In this document: positions 13,861 to 25,425 of the stretch, in pieces
How the letters are laid out: every line of letters starts with the position of its first letter
Numbering within the stretch: the first letter of the stretch is position 1
DNA from: Gracilinanus agilis
Taxonomy: Eukaryota
Length of the DNA: 64,000 nucleotides
NCBI RefSeq assembly: GCF_016433145.1
Contig: NC_058133.1
Span: 405,124,911 to 405,188,910, forward strand
Direction: 5' to 3'
The notes under the pieces: model-generated
Seen by the model: only the letters and a program-made list of their open reading frames with translations
Told to the model about the DNA's origin: nothing
Database searches by the model: none
Translations under genes and position numbers: made by a program

Positions 13861-14625
13861 TGTAAAATGGAAGAGCTTGTCCTGTATTGAATCTTAGAGA
13901 TAGTAGGAAGCCACTAGAATTTATCGAATGACATCATCAGACACATATATTCTTATTTTGACATAGTGTTAAAGCTTTAAATAGTTCCAAATGCTCTTTC
14001 TTATCATTTATGTTTTTAAATCCTCCAATCTTTGACCCTTAAGGTTAAGATTTGTAAATATGTAGTTTTCTTCCACACTGAAGGCCAAAGAAAGACTGAT
14101 TTCCTTTTTATCTCCCTTTTGGTCTCTGGTGTGGCAAGATTTTTGAATTGTCTGGAGCCTTCATCTACTTTTGTTCCCTTTATTTCTTCACTTAAGAAAC
14201 AAATCTCTCTACTTTCTCATATTTTTTTTTGTTTCTTTTCTCTTATATTTACTGTCCCTATTCAGTATTTTCTTTGTTGTTATTTTTCCCACCCTCAAAA
14301 GGAAAAAAAAATCCTTTTAAAAAAACACACCACAGTTCTATTCCTTTCCATCTTCTCTCAGATATCTCTTCCCCATAAGTCATAAATTATTATAAACTCA
14401 ACCATATTTAAGAATTCTCTGTACTTGTGGTCACTATACACTATGTAGTCCTATTCCTTACATTATACATTTTAAAAGACTTTAGGATTACATTTTAAAA
14501 TGTTAAACCATCGTCCCTCACTTGAGGAATCTTCTCCTAGTCAACAGATTTTCTTTTTTTTTTAGAGGAAATGAAAATTTTGTTGTTTTTCTTGGTTTGG
14601 TTTGTTTTGAGTAAAATCAGTAGGG

Positions 14626-14809
14626 GGGGCAGCTGGGTAGCTCAGTGGAGTGAGAGTCAGGCCTAGGGACAGGAGGTCCTAGGTTCAAACCCGGCCTCAG
14701 CCACTTCCCAGCTGTGTGATCCTGGGCAAGTCACTTGACCCCCATTGCCCACCCTTACTAATCTTCCACCTATGAGACAATACACCGAAGTACAAGGGTT
14801 AAAAAAAAA
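14626..14809 (+). mobile_element. SINE1_Mdo-like SINE, young
   Basis: Perfect TSD AAAATCAGTAGGG (14613-14625, 14810-14822). The CpG in aaacccggcc is retained. Confidence 0.93.
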
Positions 14810-14926
14810 AAAATCAGTAGGGCAGCAGAGATTGCTTAGGAGACAGTGCTTTTCTCCTGAGTCTTTTCCAGTCTGATTTCTAAAATCACAAGTAGTATTT
14901 CTGAGTTTTAAAATTTATAGAGATAA

Positions 14927-15118
14927 GGGTGGCAACTAGGTAATTCAGTGGATTGAAAGCCAGGCTTAAAGATAAGGTCCTGGGTACAAATTTGAATTCA
15001 GACACTTCATATCTGTTTGATCCTAGGTAAGTCACTTAACTTTCATTGCTTACCCCATACCACTTTTTTGCATTAGAATCAGTACATAATATTGATTCTA
15101 ATATGCAAGGAAAGGGTA
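14927..15118 (+). mobile_element. SINE1_Mdo-like SINE, older, with tail-associated (GATA)n
   Basis: Diverged head ggtggcaactaggtaattcagtggattg, with CORE and long 3' variant. Confidence 0.8.
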
Positions 15119-15120
15119 TT

Positions 15121-15162
<42 letters not shown>

Positions 15163-15180
15163 CAGATAGGTTGATAGACA
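15118..15180 (+). repeat. (GATA)n microsatellite
   Basis: Direct reading; degenerates to GACA units. Confidence 0.95.
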
Positions 15181-15189
15181 GATTGTTAG

Positions 15190-15750
15190 TGTAAGGGGGA
15201 AAAGGGGATTTGGGGCTGAATATATTAAAAGGTTAGGTCACCAAGGAATTGAATAATTATCAACCCCCAAAATGATTTTATTGATTTATTTACAAAATAT
15301 AGGAGAGAGTGGAAGTAGGGAGATGAGAAGGGTAGAGTAAGAGATTGTATGGAAGTCTTGGCTTTACTCTGGCAGGGCTCCAGAGGCTCAGCCAGCCTAA
15401 AAGTCAGTTAACAAGGAGTTTAGCCACAAGGGCTTCTCCCAATTTAGGGAGCCTCCTGGAGGCTAGTACCTTCTGGTAGGTTAAAGGAGTCATTCACCAT
15501 GTGTAGTTCTAAGAGAGATTTAAGAGCAATCTCACCAAGGTCTCAGGGTCCCAGGTCCAGGGCTCCTCTGGGTCCCAGCAATGAACAAGACACCTCTGGC
15601 TCACTCAACTCTCTCTTTTTAAAGGGGCCTATCTTGCGTCACTTCCTGTGACCTTCTCTTAGTTTACATGTCCACTCACAACAGACGCTTTTCTTAGAAT
15701 TGCCTATGAGGCAGTCAGTAAATTCTGATTTGTCACTTGTTCTAATATAT
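15190..15750 (-). mobile_element. Probable solo LTR (ERV-type), antisense to UTRN; right boundary approximate
   Basis: GC-richer 560-bp block starting TGTAAGGGG (minus-strand end ...TTACA). On the minus strand the order is ETS/CRE-half motif (15637-15648), TATA-like TTTAAA (15618-15623), then two AATAAA (15285-15290, 15277-15282). No clear TSD found. Confidence 0.55.
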
Positions 15751-15799
15751 AATGGAAATATTGAAGAATGACAATGAGTGGGTTGGACAAAGTGAATTG

Positions 15800-16550
15800 A
15801 TTCAATAAGAGTTTCTTATGTAGCTAATAAGTTTTAAGACACTATGCTAGGCACTGAGAATACAAAAAATAAAATTAAAAACATATTGTTCTCAAGATAC
15901 TTAAATTCATTTCAGAGGAAATGGCATTCATATGAACAAAATAAGTAAGATTCTTTTGAAGATTCGACAAAACACTAGCAAATAAGGGGAGGAGAAGCTT
16001 TTCTGAGGAAGTGACACCCAAGTTGAGAAGGCAGAAATATTGGACGGTCTTTCTAAATGTACAGAGAAAGACGATAGAATGCCAAGTTTAGAGAACAGCT
16101 TTCAGGGTAATTTTAGAGAACAGAAGAATGTGAATACATGAGGGTAATATGAAGTAAGTCTAGAAAACAAAACTGAAGTCAGTTTGAAGAACTTTAAATT
16201 CCATTGTGAGGTGAGATGGTAATCTTAAAGACCATAGAGTACCACTGAATAATTTTTTAATAAGAAAATGACATGCCTTATGAAGATTACTTTGTCATCT
16301 TGCAACCTGAATGAGAAAAGAAACAAGTAACAATGAGTTCAATTGGGAAGTTCTTATAATAGTCCAATTGAAAGGTGAGGAAGGCCTATATGGGATTGGG
16401 AGTAGAGAGAAGCAGTTGGAGGGAACACAAATTTTTTGGAGTTAAAATTAACAAGGAAGTTAGAAGTCATGTTTTTGATACTTTTGTAAAATGTAATGCA
16501 AAGGCAAGTGATTACACACAGGGAGAAAGGAGAGTAAAGAGTTAACAATT
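15800..16550 (-). mobile_element. L2 fragment, antisense; boundaries approximate
   Basis: L2 3'-end-like motif (actatgctaggcactgagaatacaaa...ttctcaagatacttaaattc), followed by purine-rich antisense text. Confidence 0.5.
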
Positions 16551-16557
16551 ATTCTAA

Positions 16558-16720
16558 GGTGGCCCAGTGCATTTAGAGGCAGGCCTGCAGTTGGAAGGAC
16601 CTGGGTTCTAACCTGGCCTCTGACACTTCCTTGTATGACTCTTGGCAAGTCACTTAACCCCCATTTGCCTAGCCCTTCTGACTGAGAATTGTTACTAAGA
16701 TAGAAAGTAAGTATTAAAGG
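16558..16720 (+). mobile_element. SINE1_Mdo-like SINE, diverged
   Basis: gacctgggttctaacctggcctctgacacttcc...ggcaagtcacttaacccccatttgcctagccctt. Confidence 0.7.
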
Positions 16721-19700
16721 AAACGAATAGCCCTAAACTTGAGAAACCTGACCAATTAGGATGGTGGTTCCCAATAGAAATAGAAGGGCTAAGGGAGAAA
16801 ATATAATGTTGCGTTGAAAACATTATTAATGTGTGTCAGATCTCCAGTTGGAGATTTTGATCCCCTAATCTGGTTGTTGCCCTAGACTTCCTTGTTATCA
16901 CTCATGAAATGTCAGCTCTTCAGCTACTCTTAATGCTTTTTAGACTCAAGCCTGGGAAGATATTATTTCTGAGTTGATTTACCAAAGGATCTCAGTAAAA
17001 AAGGGACTTAAATAGTACTTTGAGCAGGAACAGCCAAGGATTAGGAATGGAAGTATTCTCATCCTTCCTCAAGGGACTTAGAAATAATCTTGGAATATGT
17101 TTACAGAAAATTTAATTTGAATTCTATTATTTGAAAAGATAGTAACTCCCTTTTCCTTTAAGTTTAAACTACAGAGTTCTTTTATCTTTTACCTTTGTTT
17201 CTTTCATATTTTTTTCCATTTATTTTTATTTTCCATCAATAAAGTAATGGTGTCTGACTAGATTTCTAAAGGCCTGTCTAGCCCTTGATCTATGAACCTA
17301 TGGTCATTCTTTAGAAGTCATATTTGAATTATTTCTTATTACTATTATACAAAAGTGTTAAACAATTTTTACCTAACTTTATATGTTCTTGCCTAAAGTT
17401 CCTTATTCTGATGAAGCTATTACTACAATTTTAGTTCCATCTGTCTGTCACTTTCTCTAAATCCATTATTAGTCTTCCTTTTTTGTAAGCAGATGGTTTT
17501 GTTGAATGCAGATTCCTCCCCACAACCCCTTTCTGAATAGCTGCTGGAGTGGAGATAATGCAATAAATTGTAAAAGAAAGAACCTTTTGAACAAAAAAAA
17601 ATTCATATTAAGCAAAGACAATAAGAGTAATGGACAGTGTAGAATGTTTTGTCACATTATAAAGAAATTGTGTGTTTCAATGCCAAATTACTTAATGATT
17701 GATTTTTGAAAGTTCTCCTAATCTGAGAAAGATCAATTAAGCACTGAAATTTTACACTAGTCAAAAAAATATTAGCATGTAAAATATCCCTTAAAGAATT
17801 AATTGGATTGTAAACATACACAGATATCAAAGAACTAAAAAGTATCTCTATCTTACAGGGGACTTTTAAGAGCTATTTTATGGCTTATCTAGTGTCATTT
17901 TCATTTGATAAATATAAGTAAGATAATAAAGTTTACATTTTAGCAACATGAATTTTAACATAAGATTAATTCTCAAAGATTAAGATCTTGAAAGAATTAG
18001 ATTTTATTTTCTTCCATATACTTTGTTCTCTTTACCTTCACTACTCTTCCCACTGTTCAGAATTTCTCCAGCATGCTCATTTTCTTTATATATCTTTAAC
18101 TGAAATCTCCGTCACAGTGTTTTTCAATAAGTTGTTTCAGGAGTTTTTTAGGGACTGTGGTAAAAACACAAGTCCATCAGAATGTGGGCTATCAGAATAG
18201 TGGGAACGACTTGGATTTGAGGTCAAGAAAATCTAAATGTGAGTCTGCTTCTGACACTTTGTAGTTCTTAGACTGTAAACAAAGTATTCAACACCTCTGA
18301 GCTTCGGTTCTCACCGAAGCTCATATTTACTTCACTTAATTATTATAATACTCAAGAAGATAAAATATGTAAAATGCTCTATCTTATTGTAAGCTATTGT
18401 TATTACAGCCAAACTAAACTATATTTCCTTAAACAACAATTAAGTATGGCATAATAGAAATCTCAGTGACCTTGGAATCACCAGATCTGAGTTTCAGTTG
18501 TACTATTTATTAATAATGTGATCTAACTCGAGTCACTTAATCCAAGTCTCATTGTTCTCATATATAAAATGGGAATGCTAATATTTGAATAATCTGAATT
18601 TGAGAATTGCTGTGATAATAAAATATAATTGCATACATTGAGCAGTTTGTAATTATGAAGCCCAATATAAATGTAAGTGATTGTTATCATTTCTTCTGCT
18701 GAAGAGATAAAGATAGGGTTTCCTTTTGAAAACACATGTGCCTCAATTTGTAATTTTTGTGCGGTCTCAAAAGTTTTGTTGCATACTTTTGCTACTAACC
18801 ATGCCTGAGGCATTAAATATGCCTAATATACTTAGGTTTATAACTACAATTTTCTGGAAAATCCAGAAACCCAAAAGTTGTTTATTTTTCCTCAAAATAT
18901 TGTGATTATAGTAAGGATCTGACTTTGGATAGATGCTAAGAAATTAAACTGCCTCTAAAACATTATGTATGAGCCCCATTGTGGAACTGGCTGGCAACTA
19001 ATCATTTACAATATGAAGGTCGGGTAGTGACCTAAAATGACCTAAATCACAGCTTTATGGCTAAAAAAAAAAATTCCCATATTTTTGAAAATTAAAATAA
19101 GCAGAGCTAGATTAATTTGAACAAATTGAAGGACATGATTTAGTTTGGAAAAGCATCTTTTAGCTTATTGTTGCTCATGACTAGAAATTGGGAATGAAAT
19201 ATAAAATTACTAACATTTTATTTACTTGTATTCACTTACCCGTGATTGTTATAATAAGGATTATGTCAAGTAGTTTTAAAATTCTCATCTAGTTATGTAA
19301 ACAAGTAGTTATAGTTCACAGATTCATAGATTGAAAATTGGAAAGACTGGAAGTACCCTAAGAAGTAGACTAGTCCAACCATGCTCATTGTATAGATGAG
19401 GAAACTGAACCATAGAAAAGTTTAGTTACTTCTTGGATTTGACCCATTTTGCTTGACCATAGGTTCACTTTTTTCCATTTTCCATTTTTGAATTTTGACC
19501 CCTTTGTATTTCAGAGGGCTTTAGTCATGCTGATTCCTGAATCAGTCCACCTATAGCTCCTCAGAATGAGAAGAGTGGATTCTGTCTGAAACTGTGGGGT
19601 AGAAAGGGATATTTCTGGTTGACTTGCTCTTTTTCACTGCTTTGACTACTTTCTCTTTAAATGCCTTCTAGAGTGTAGTGGAAAGAATGATATTTCGTAA

Positions 19701-20866
19701 TGAACCACAGAAGAGATTGCACAATAGGTTAATGGACTTGTAGATGCCAGAAATATCATAAAAGTATGGGAACTCTATAGTTGAGGAAGAGATCAGAAAT
19801 TATTTTGAATGCAAAATCTTCTGTTCAGTTTTCTTAAAAAAAGGGGGGGGGTTGTGTTTTTTTTTTTGAGTTTCCTACATGCTGTACTGCCATTTTAGGA
19901 AAATTAATTTTTTCCATTTGGTCATTATGGCAAAGTTGATGGTATTAGCAGTTTAAATTTCTTTAAAGATAAATACAATTTTCATGGGTTTTCCTGTTAC
20001 ATTTAAATGAAGACATTTTTCGAGCTGCTAAATATTGAAATATTTCTTTGGGTTCTTCTATTACATTTAAAATAATGATATTTATATAGTGTTTTGAGGT
20101 TTACAAAGTGCTTTACATTAGTTATTTCATTTGATACAATTTCCCTAGGAGGTAGGTGCTATTATCTCCACTTGTACAGATGAATAAAAATACAAACAAT
20201 AATCTAAAATGGTTTATTGAATCCATTTAAGTATGTAAATTTTTTTCTCAATATAATAAAATTCTGAAGTCATCATAGACTCCCCGCAATTTAATGATCT
20301 AAGTAATCTTCTCACTCTAAAAAAGGATACTTCTTGATTTAGCCCAGAGTTCAGATTAAAGGAAGAAATATCAAGGAGATTCTTTTTGCTCTTGTCATTT
20401 GCTCTTGCCCCTCCAAGAAAGCAGATACTCTTTGAAGGCTGATGTCAGTCATTTCTATTTCAGCTACTTTTTAGGGATCATCTAATCCACTCTCCTCATG
20501 CTTAAATGAAAGAAAGATTAGACTCGTTTTTCATGTCCTCAGGAGGCCAATAGGTACAAGGGGTAGAGTGGCAAATTTCCATCTGATCTAAAGAAAACTT
20601 TCTTAATTGTTAAAGCTATCCAAATTTGAAATGAACTCCCTCAAGAGATTGTGAGTTCTTTTTTGCTTGAGGTAAAACAAAAGCTCATTATGTTTGCTGG
20701 ACATGTTCTGGAGATATAGTTTTTAAAAGATTTATTTAAAACTTGATGATCTCTATGTTCCATTTGAACTCTGAGATTCTGATCTCCAGATGTACATATT
20801 GAGGTAAGCCAGTCCAACTATCAGCAATATCCTTTCCCTTATAATGCATAGTATTTCTCGTCATAG

Positions 20867-21135
20867 AATTGACTCCTGAAGAAAAAGCCCAAAAGATTGC
20901 AAAAGCCATGCGCAAACAGTCTTCAGAAGTGAAAGAGAAGTGGGAGAACCTCAATGCTGTTACTAGTAGTTGGCAAAAGCAAGTCGATAAGGCACTGGAG
21001 AAACTAAGAGACCTTCAAGGAGCCATGGATGACCTGGATGCTGACCTGAAAGAAGCTGAGACTGTACGGAATGGATGGAAACCAGTGGGAGATTTACTTA
21101 TTGACTCATTGCAGGATCACATTGAAAAAACTACA
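20867..21135 (+). CDS. UTRN: Utrophin internal coding exon (homologue of DMD exon 59), 269 bp; (E)[89 protein letters not shown]
   Basis: Acceptor tttctcgtcatag|AA, donor ACA|gtaagt. G+AA completes a Glu codon with the previous exon. The 269 bp length equals DMD exon 59, and the sequence is spectrin repeat. Confidence 0.97.
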
Positions 21136-21824
21136 GTAAGTGTCTCAGGGTACAATGATAATCTAGGTGTTATTGTCTTTTCTCACTTATACTTGTCTAA
21201 CTATGTGACTCTAAGAAAATCTGTGCAAGATTTAGGGCTGTCCTTGAAAACTCTAGATTTTGATTTGGGGATATGGAATTTCCTAGTCTCTTTCCTTCTT
21301 AGAACATGGCCAGAAAACAGCTAAGTATTCAAAAATGATAACAGTTTTGCCTTCCATTTACATACTTCTTAGGGAAATTATGCATATGCCAAATAGTAGT
21401 GATTTGAACTTTAATGATTCAGGACCAACATTGGGAATTGCAAGAAAATCCATTAAACGGCCAATAAAAAAAAGTGAAATTTGCAGTAGTACAAAATAAA
21501 TAGTACAAAAGGGACAGGATTTAGAATGTATATGATTTTATTTTGGCAAAAGATCTCTACAATTTAGACTTTTTTAAATCTACCTTCTTACCTGCATTTT
21601 CTCAGTGGTTGAATAGGGATGGGCTAATGACCCAGAATGTATTTCTTCTCTAGGGAGAAAAAGGTATGTCTAAGGCAGCTCCTCAGGACAATGGCCTCTA
21701 AATTTGCTTGATCACCCTCAGGAAAACAATTCTAATCATTCAGTTATAATGTGTGTATTATTTGCAATGTATGTCAGTGTGTAACATTTATAATATTTAC
21801 AAATTAAATATATGCGTATATACA

Positions 21825-22081
21825 GGGCACCTACATTGCACAGTGGATAGAGTGCCAAGCATGGAGTCAGGAAGACTCATCTTCCTCAATTCATATCTGG
21901 TCTTGGAACCATATTAACTATGTGACCCTGGGCAAGACACTTAACCCTGATTCTTGAGGTTTTCTTAACTATGAAGTGAACAGGTGTAGGAAATGGCAAA
22001 CTAGCCCAGTATCTTTTCCAAGTAAAACACAAATGGTTTCAAGAAGAATTGGACATGACTGAAATGACTGAACAACAACAA
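21825..22081 (+). mobile_element. MAR1-like SINE
   Basis: Head, CORE and RTE-type tail ending actgaacaacaaca. Confidence 0.8.
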
Positions 22082-22455
22082 TACTACTATGTTACATCTA
22101 TTGAAATGCTTACACAAAAATAGATATTAACAATAAGTATTAAAAGTAAATATGAAGTGATAGTTGATCCTAGAGCCAAGTCACTAGGAAATCAATGAAT
22201 TATATTGAGTAGAGACATAATATGGTCAGCCCAGCCCTTTAAGAAAATCATTTTGACAGCTGTGAAGAGGATGGGTTAGAGTGGGGAGAGAGTTCAGACA
22301 GGAATATCAATTGGGAGACTATTGCAATAGTGTACATGGGAACAGATACAGGCCTAAACTAAGGTAGTTTCTATATGGGTCTGGGCAATTGTGAGAAATA
22401 ATTATAATAGTTAGCATTTACATAGTGATTTGAGGTTTGCAAAATGCTTTGCAGA

Positions 22456-22490
22456 TATTATTATTATTATTATTATTACTACTACTATAA
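22456..22490 (+). repeat. (ATT)n/(ACT)n microsatellite
   Basis: Direct reading. Confidence 0.9.
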
Positions 22491-24557
22491 CCATAGAAGA
22501 TAGGTAGTCTTTTACAGTTGTGAAAACTGAGGCAGACTTGCCCAGCTAGTAAATTTCAGAGTCTGAATCTGAACTCAGGTCTTGACTGTGTGACCTAGTG
22601 GTTGGATATGTTGATGTGAGTTGAAAGAAAGTGAGGGATTAAAGATGGGACTGGGTTTGAAGAAATCATAACAATTAGAAGATTGGTACAATAATAAAAA
22701 AAAAAGTCTGGAAGAATAATAGGCTTTGAAGTAGATTTTGAATCATATTGTAATGATTTTTGAACAATATTAGGATTCAACCATTTCAATTTATCACCAA
22801 AAAATGAACTCAACTTTTGAAGATTGCCAACAGGTGATGAAAAGGGGATCAGGGAAGTACTTTGGAATTTTCCTAATGGCACCTGCAAATCTTCTATGGG
22901 TAATGGGTAGATTAGGTAGGTTTTTTTCCCCAGAGGTGTATAGAAATAAAAATTTGGGAAGGTAAGGAATTATCCTAGCAAAGGGAACAAAGAGGAATGT
23001 TAAGTGATAAATATAGGTATGTTATGTTGAAGACAAGTTCCATTCCCTATCTCAGTGGTGAAGGTGAGAATGATGAGAATGCCACCTGTCTTGCAGCCCT
23101 CCAATTGGTCGATCTTTCTTCCCCAACCTTCATTGGAGGTGACAAAACAACTTTCCAAGGGGGTGGTACCTCTTTTTTTGAGGTTGCTGACTTAAGGCAT
23201 GAGAACTTAACTAAAAAATTCTGTTTAAAACCATTTACTTATAAACTGAGTAGGCAGTTGTGGTGTGAGATTAGGTGGTAGTAGTATGATTTAGACGCCA
23301 TTAAAAAAGACCTCTCTGCCCCAATTTATTTTCCACTCTGACCCTGTAAATGGTAGTTGGAATTCCCTAAATCCTTGCAGATTTTATTTGTATTATTAAA
23401 CTTTACTGTTAAAAGCATAAATGTCTTGGTAGATAGGATACATATATAATTAATCATCAATAATTTATCTCACGTTGCTTTAGCTAACTAGAGAATGAAA
23501 CAAACTAAGTTTTAATTGTTGAAAGAAGTCAGGAAAGGTCCAGAAGGTGAATTGACAACCCTGCTGGGAAAGATAAAAGTTAATCAGTTAGAGTTTAGCA
23601 GTGGCCAATCATCTGGTCATGAGCATTTTTTAACTTATGCTGGAGACATCTCCTTGGATGACACAAGTTTGTTTCATTACTGAACCCCAAGCCAATGTCT
23701 CATTAACTTGTTAGAAACTTTGTGAGTCTGTGCTCCCCTGCCATAATCTGCTTACACTCTAAAAAAGTGACACAGAGTAGAAATTCAGTGAAGGTAATTT
23801 TAACATCTCCTCATTTGCCTTTTTATGTTACCTACCACGTATGATTAAGAATAAGAGCCAAATTTTCTTGAAAACCTTGATTCACTTCCAGAATAATCAC
23901 TTTCTCAAGGCCCAAAACATTTCTGTGGTTGTAGTTTGAATTAGCCCTATTTTTTTGGAAAAAAACTTAATGTCTAAGAATTCAATTCTTATATAGAACT
24001 TTGGCATTTTTTTTGAATTTCAATATATTCTTAGTTTTAAAAAATGACAACTGACAACTAGTTATAATTTGGAAAATGTATTTTAGGTTTATGAGATTGT
24101 TACTATAGGTGACATGGTTTTTCCACTTATTTTCCAAAATAAGATTTTTTTCTACAAATATTAATCTTTGTTGCTATATGTGTATATCTTTTATATCTTA
24201 TTGCATGTATAATATGTAATATTTGTGTATCCGTTATATGTATATGTACATATGTTATGCAAATAATCATTAATGATTTCTTTCATATACTGTCAGAAAT
24301 GTTGCACTGGGGAAAGAGATATTGAGAAAAGAATTGGGGGTATTATTTATTTTGTGGAAAAGGGATATTCATCTCCTTTTCAAGATGGTTATGGTTGCTT
24401 TTATATACCTATCTCCAAAAGCTTCTTTTTAAAGCTTGACATTTAAGTGGGTTCTAAACAAACTGATATGAATAGTTCTTTGTTCTGGTATTAAGAAGCC
24501 ATTTGTCTTATCTCAGGGACATTTTTGATAGAATAAAATTCTATTAACTTTTGTTAC

Positions 24558-24560
<3 letters not shown>

Positions 24561-24626
<66 letters not shown>

Positions 24627-24636
24627 ACACACACAC
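24561..24636 (+). repeat. (TC)n followed by (CA)n, ending at a contig break
   Basis: Direct reading; a single N follows at 24637. Confidence 0.95.
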
Positions 24637-24637
24637 N

Positions 24638-24942
24638 TATGTATATGTACATATGTTATGCAAATAATCATTAATGATTTCTTTCATATACTGTCAGAAA
24701 TGTTGCACTGGGGAAAGGGATATTGAGAAAAGAATTGGGGGTATTATTTATTTTGTGGAAAAGGGATATTCATCTCCTTTTCAAGATGGTTATGGTTGCT
24801 TTTATATACCTATCTCCAAAAGCTTCTTTTTAAAGCTTGACATTTAAGTGGGTTCTAAACAAACTGATATGAATAGTTCTTTGTTCTGGTATTAAGAAGC
24901 CATTTGTCTTATCTCGGGGACATTTTTGATAGAATAAAATTC
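24638..24942 (+). repeat. 305-bp near-identical copy of 24237-24541 (probable assembly artefact)
   Basis: Bounded by a single N (24637) and the N gap. I found two A/G differences from the first copy. Confidence 0.85.
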
Positions 24943-25092
24943 NNNNNNNNNNNNNNNNNNNNNNNNNNNNNNNNNNNNNNNNNNNNNNNNNNNNNNNNNN
25001 NNNNNNNNNNNNNNNNNNNNNNNNNNNNNNNNNNNNNNNNNNNNNNNNNNNNNNNNNNNNNNNNNNNNNNNNNNNNNNNNNNNNNNNNNNNN
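24943..25092. other. Assembly gap (150 N)
   Basis: Direct reading. Confidence 1.
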
Positions 25093-25224
25093 AGGTAGAT
25101 CTGAATGTAAAATGCTGCTCTTCTCAGGAGTCCATTCTTCTAAATACTACTGATTATAGGGGATTTCAGGAGAAACTGGAATAATTGGATTGTCCAGAAA
25201 GACTCCATTTTTTTCCAATCACTT

Positions 25225-25425
25225 TTTTTTAAACCCCTTACCTTCTGTCTTAGAATCAATACTGTGTATTGGTTCCAAGGCAGAAGAGTGGTAAGGGCTA
25301 GGCAATGGGGGTGAAGTGACTTGCCCAGGGTCACACAATTAGGAAGTATCTGAGGTCAAATTTGAAACTTGGACTTCCTGTCTCTAGGCCTGGCTCTCAA
25401 TCCACTGAGCCATCTAGCTGCCCCC
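25225..25425 (-). mobile_element. SINE1_Mdo-like SINE (long 3' variant), antisense
   Basis: Reverse complement of the SINE1 pattern, with perfect TSD TTTCCAATCACTT (25212-25224, 25426-25438). Confidence 0.93.

Noticed and set aside
20850-20866. Upstream AG (20850-20851) that would add five residues (VFLVI) in frame
   Set aside because: It lies only about 7 nt after the likely branch A (20844). The downstream AG gives the conserved 269-bp exon and the known K-x-E-L-T-P junction.
21136-21324. ORF 20869..21324 continues 63 codons past the exon into the intron
   Set aside because: Utrophin similarity stops exactly at a consensus donor (ACA|gtaagt), and the extension is low-complexity intronic sequence. 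There is no evidence of intron retention.
24904-25098. 64-aa ORF
   Set aside because: It runs through the N gap and is an artefact.
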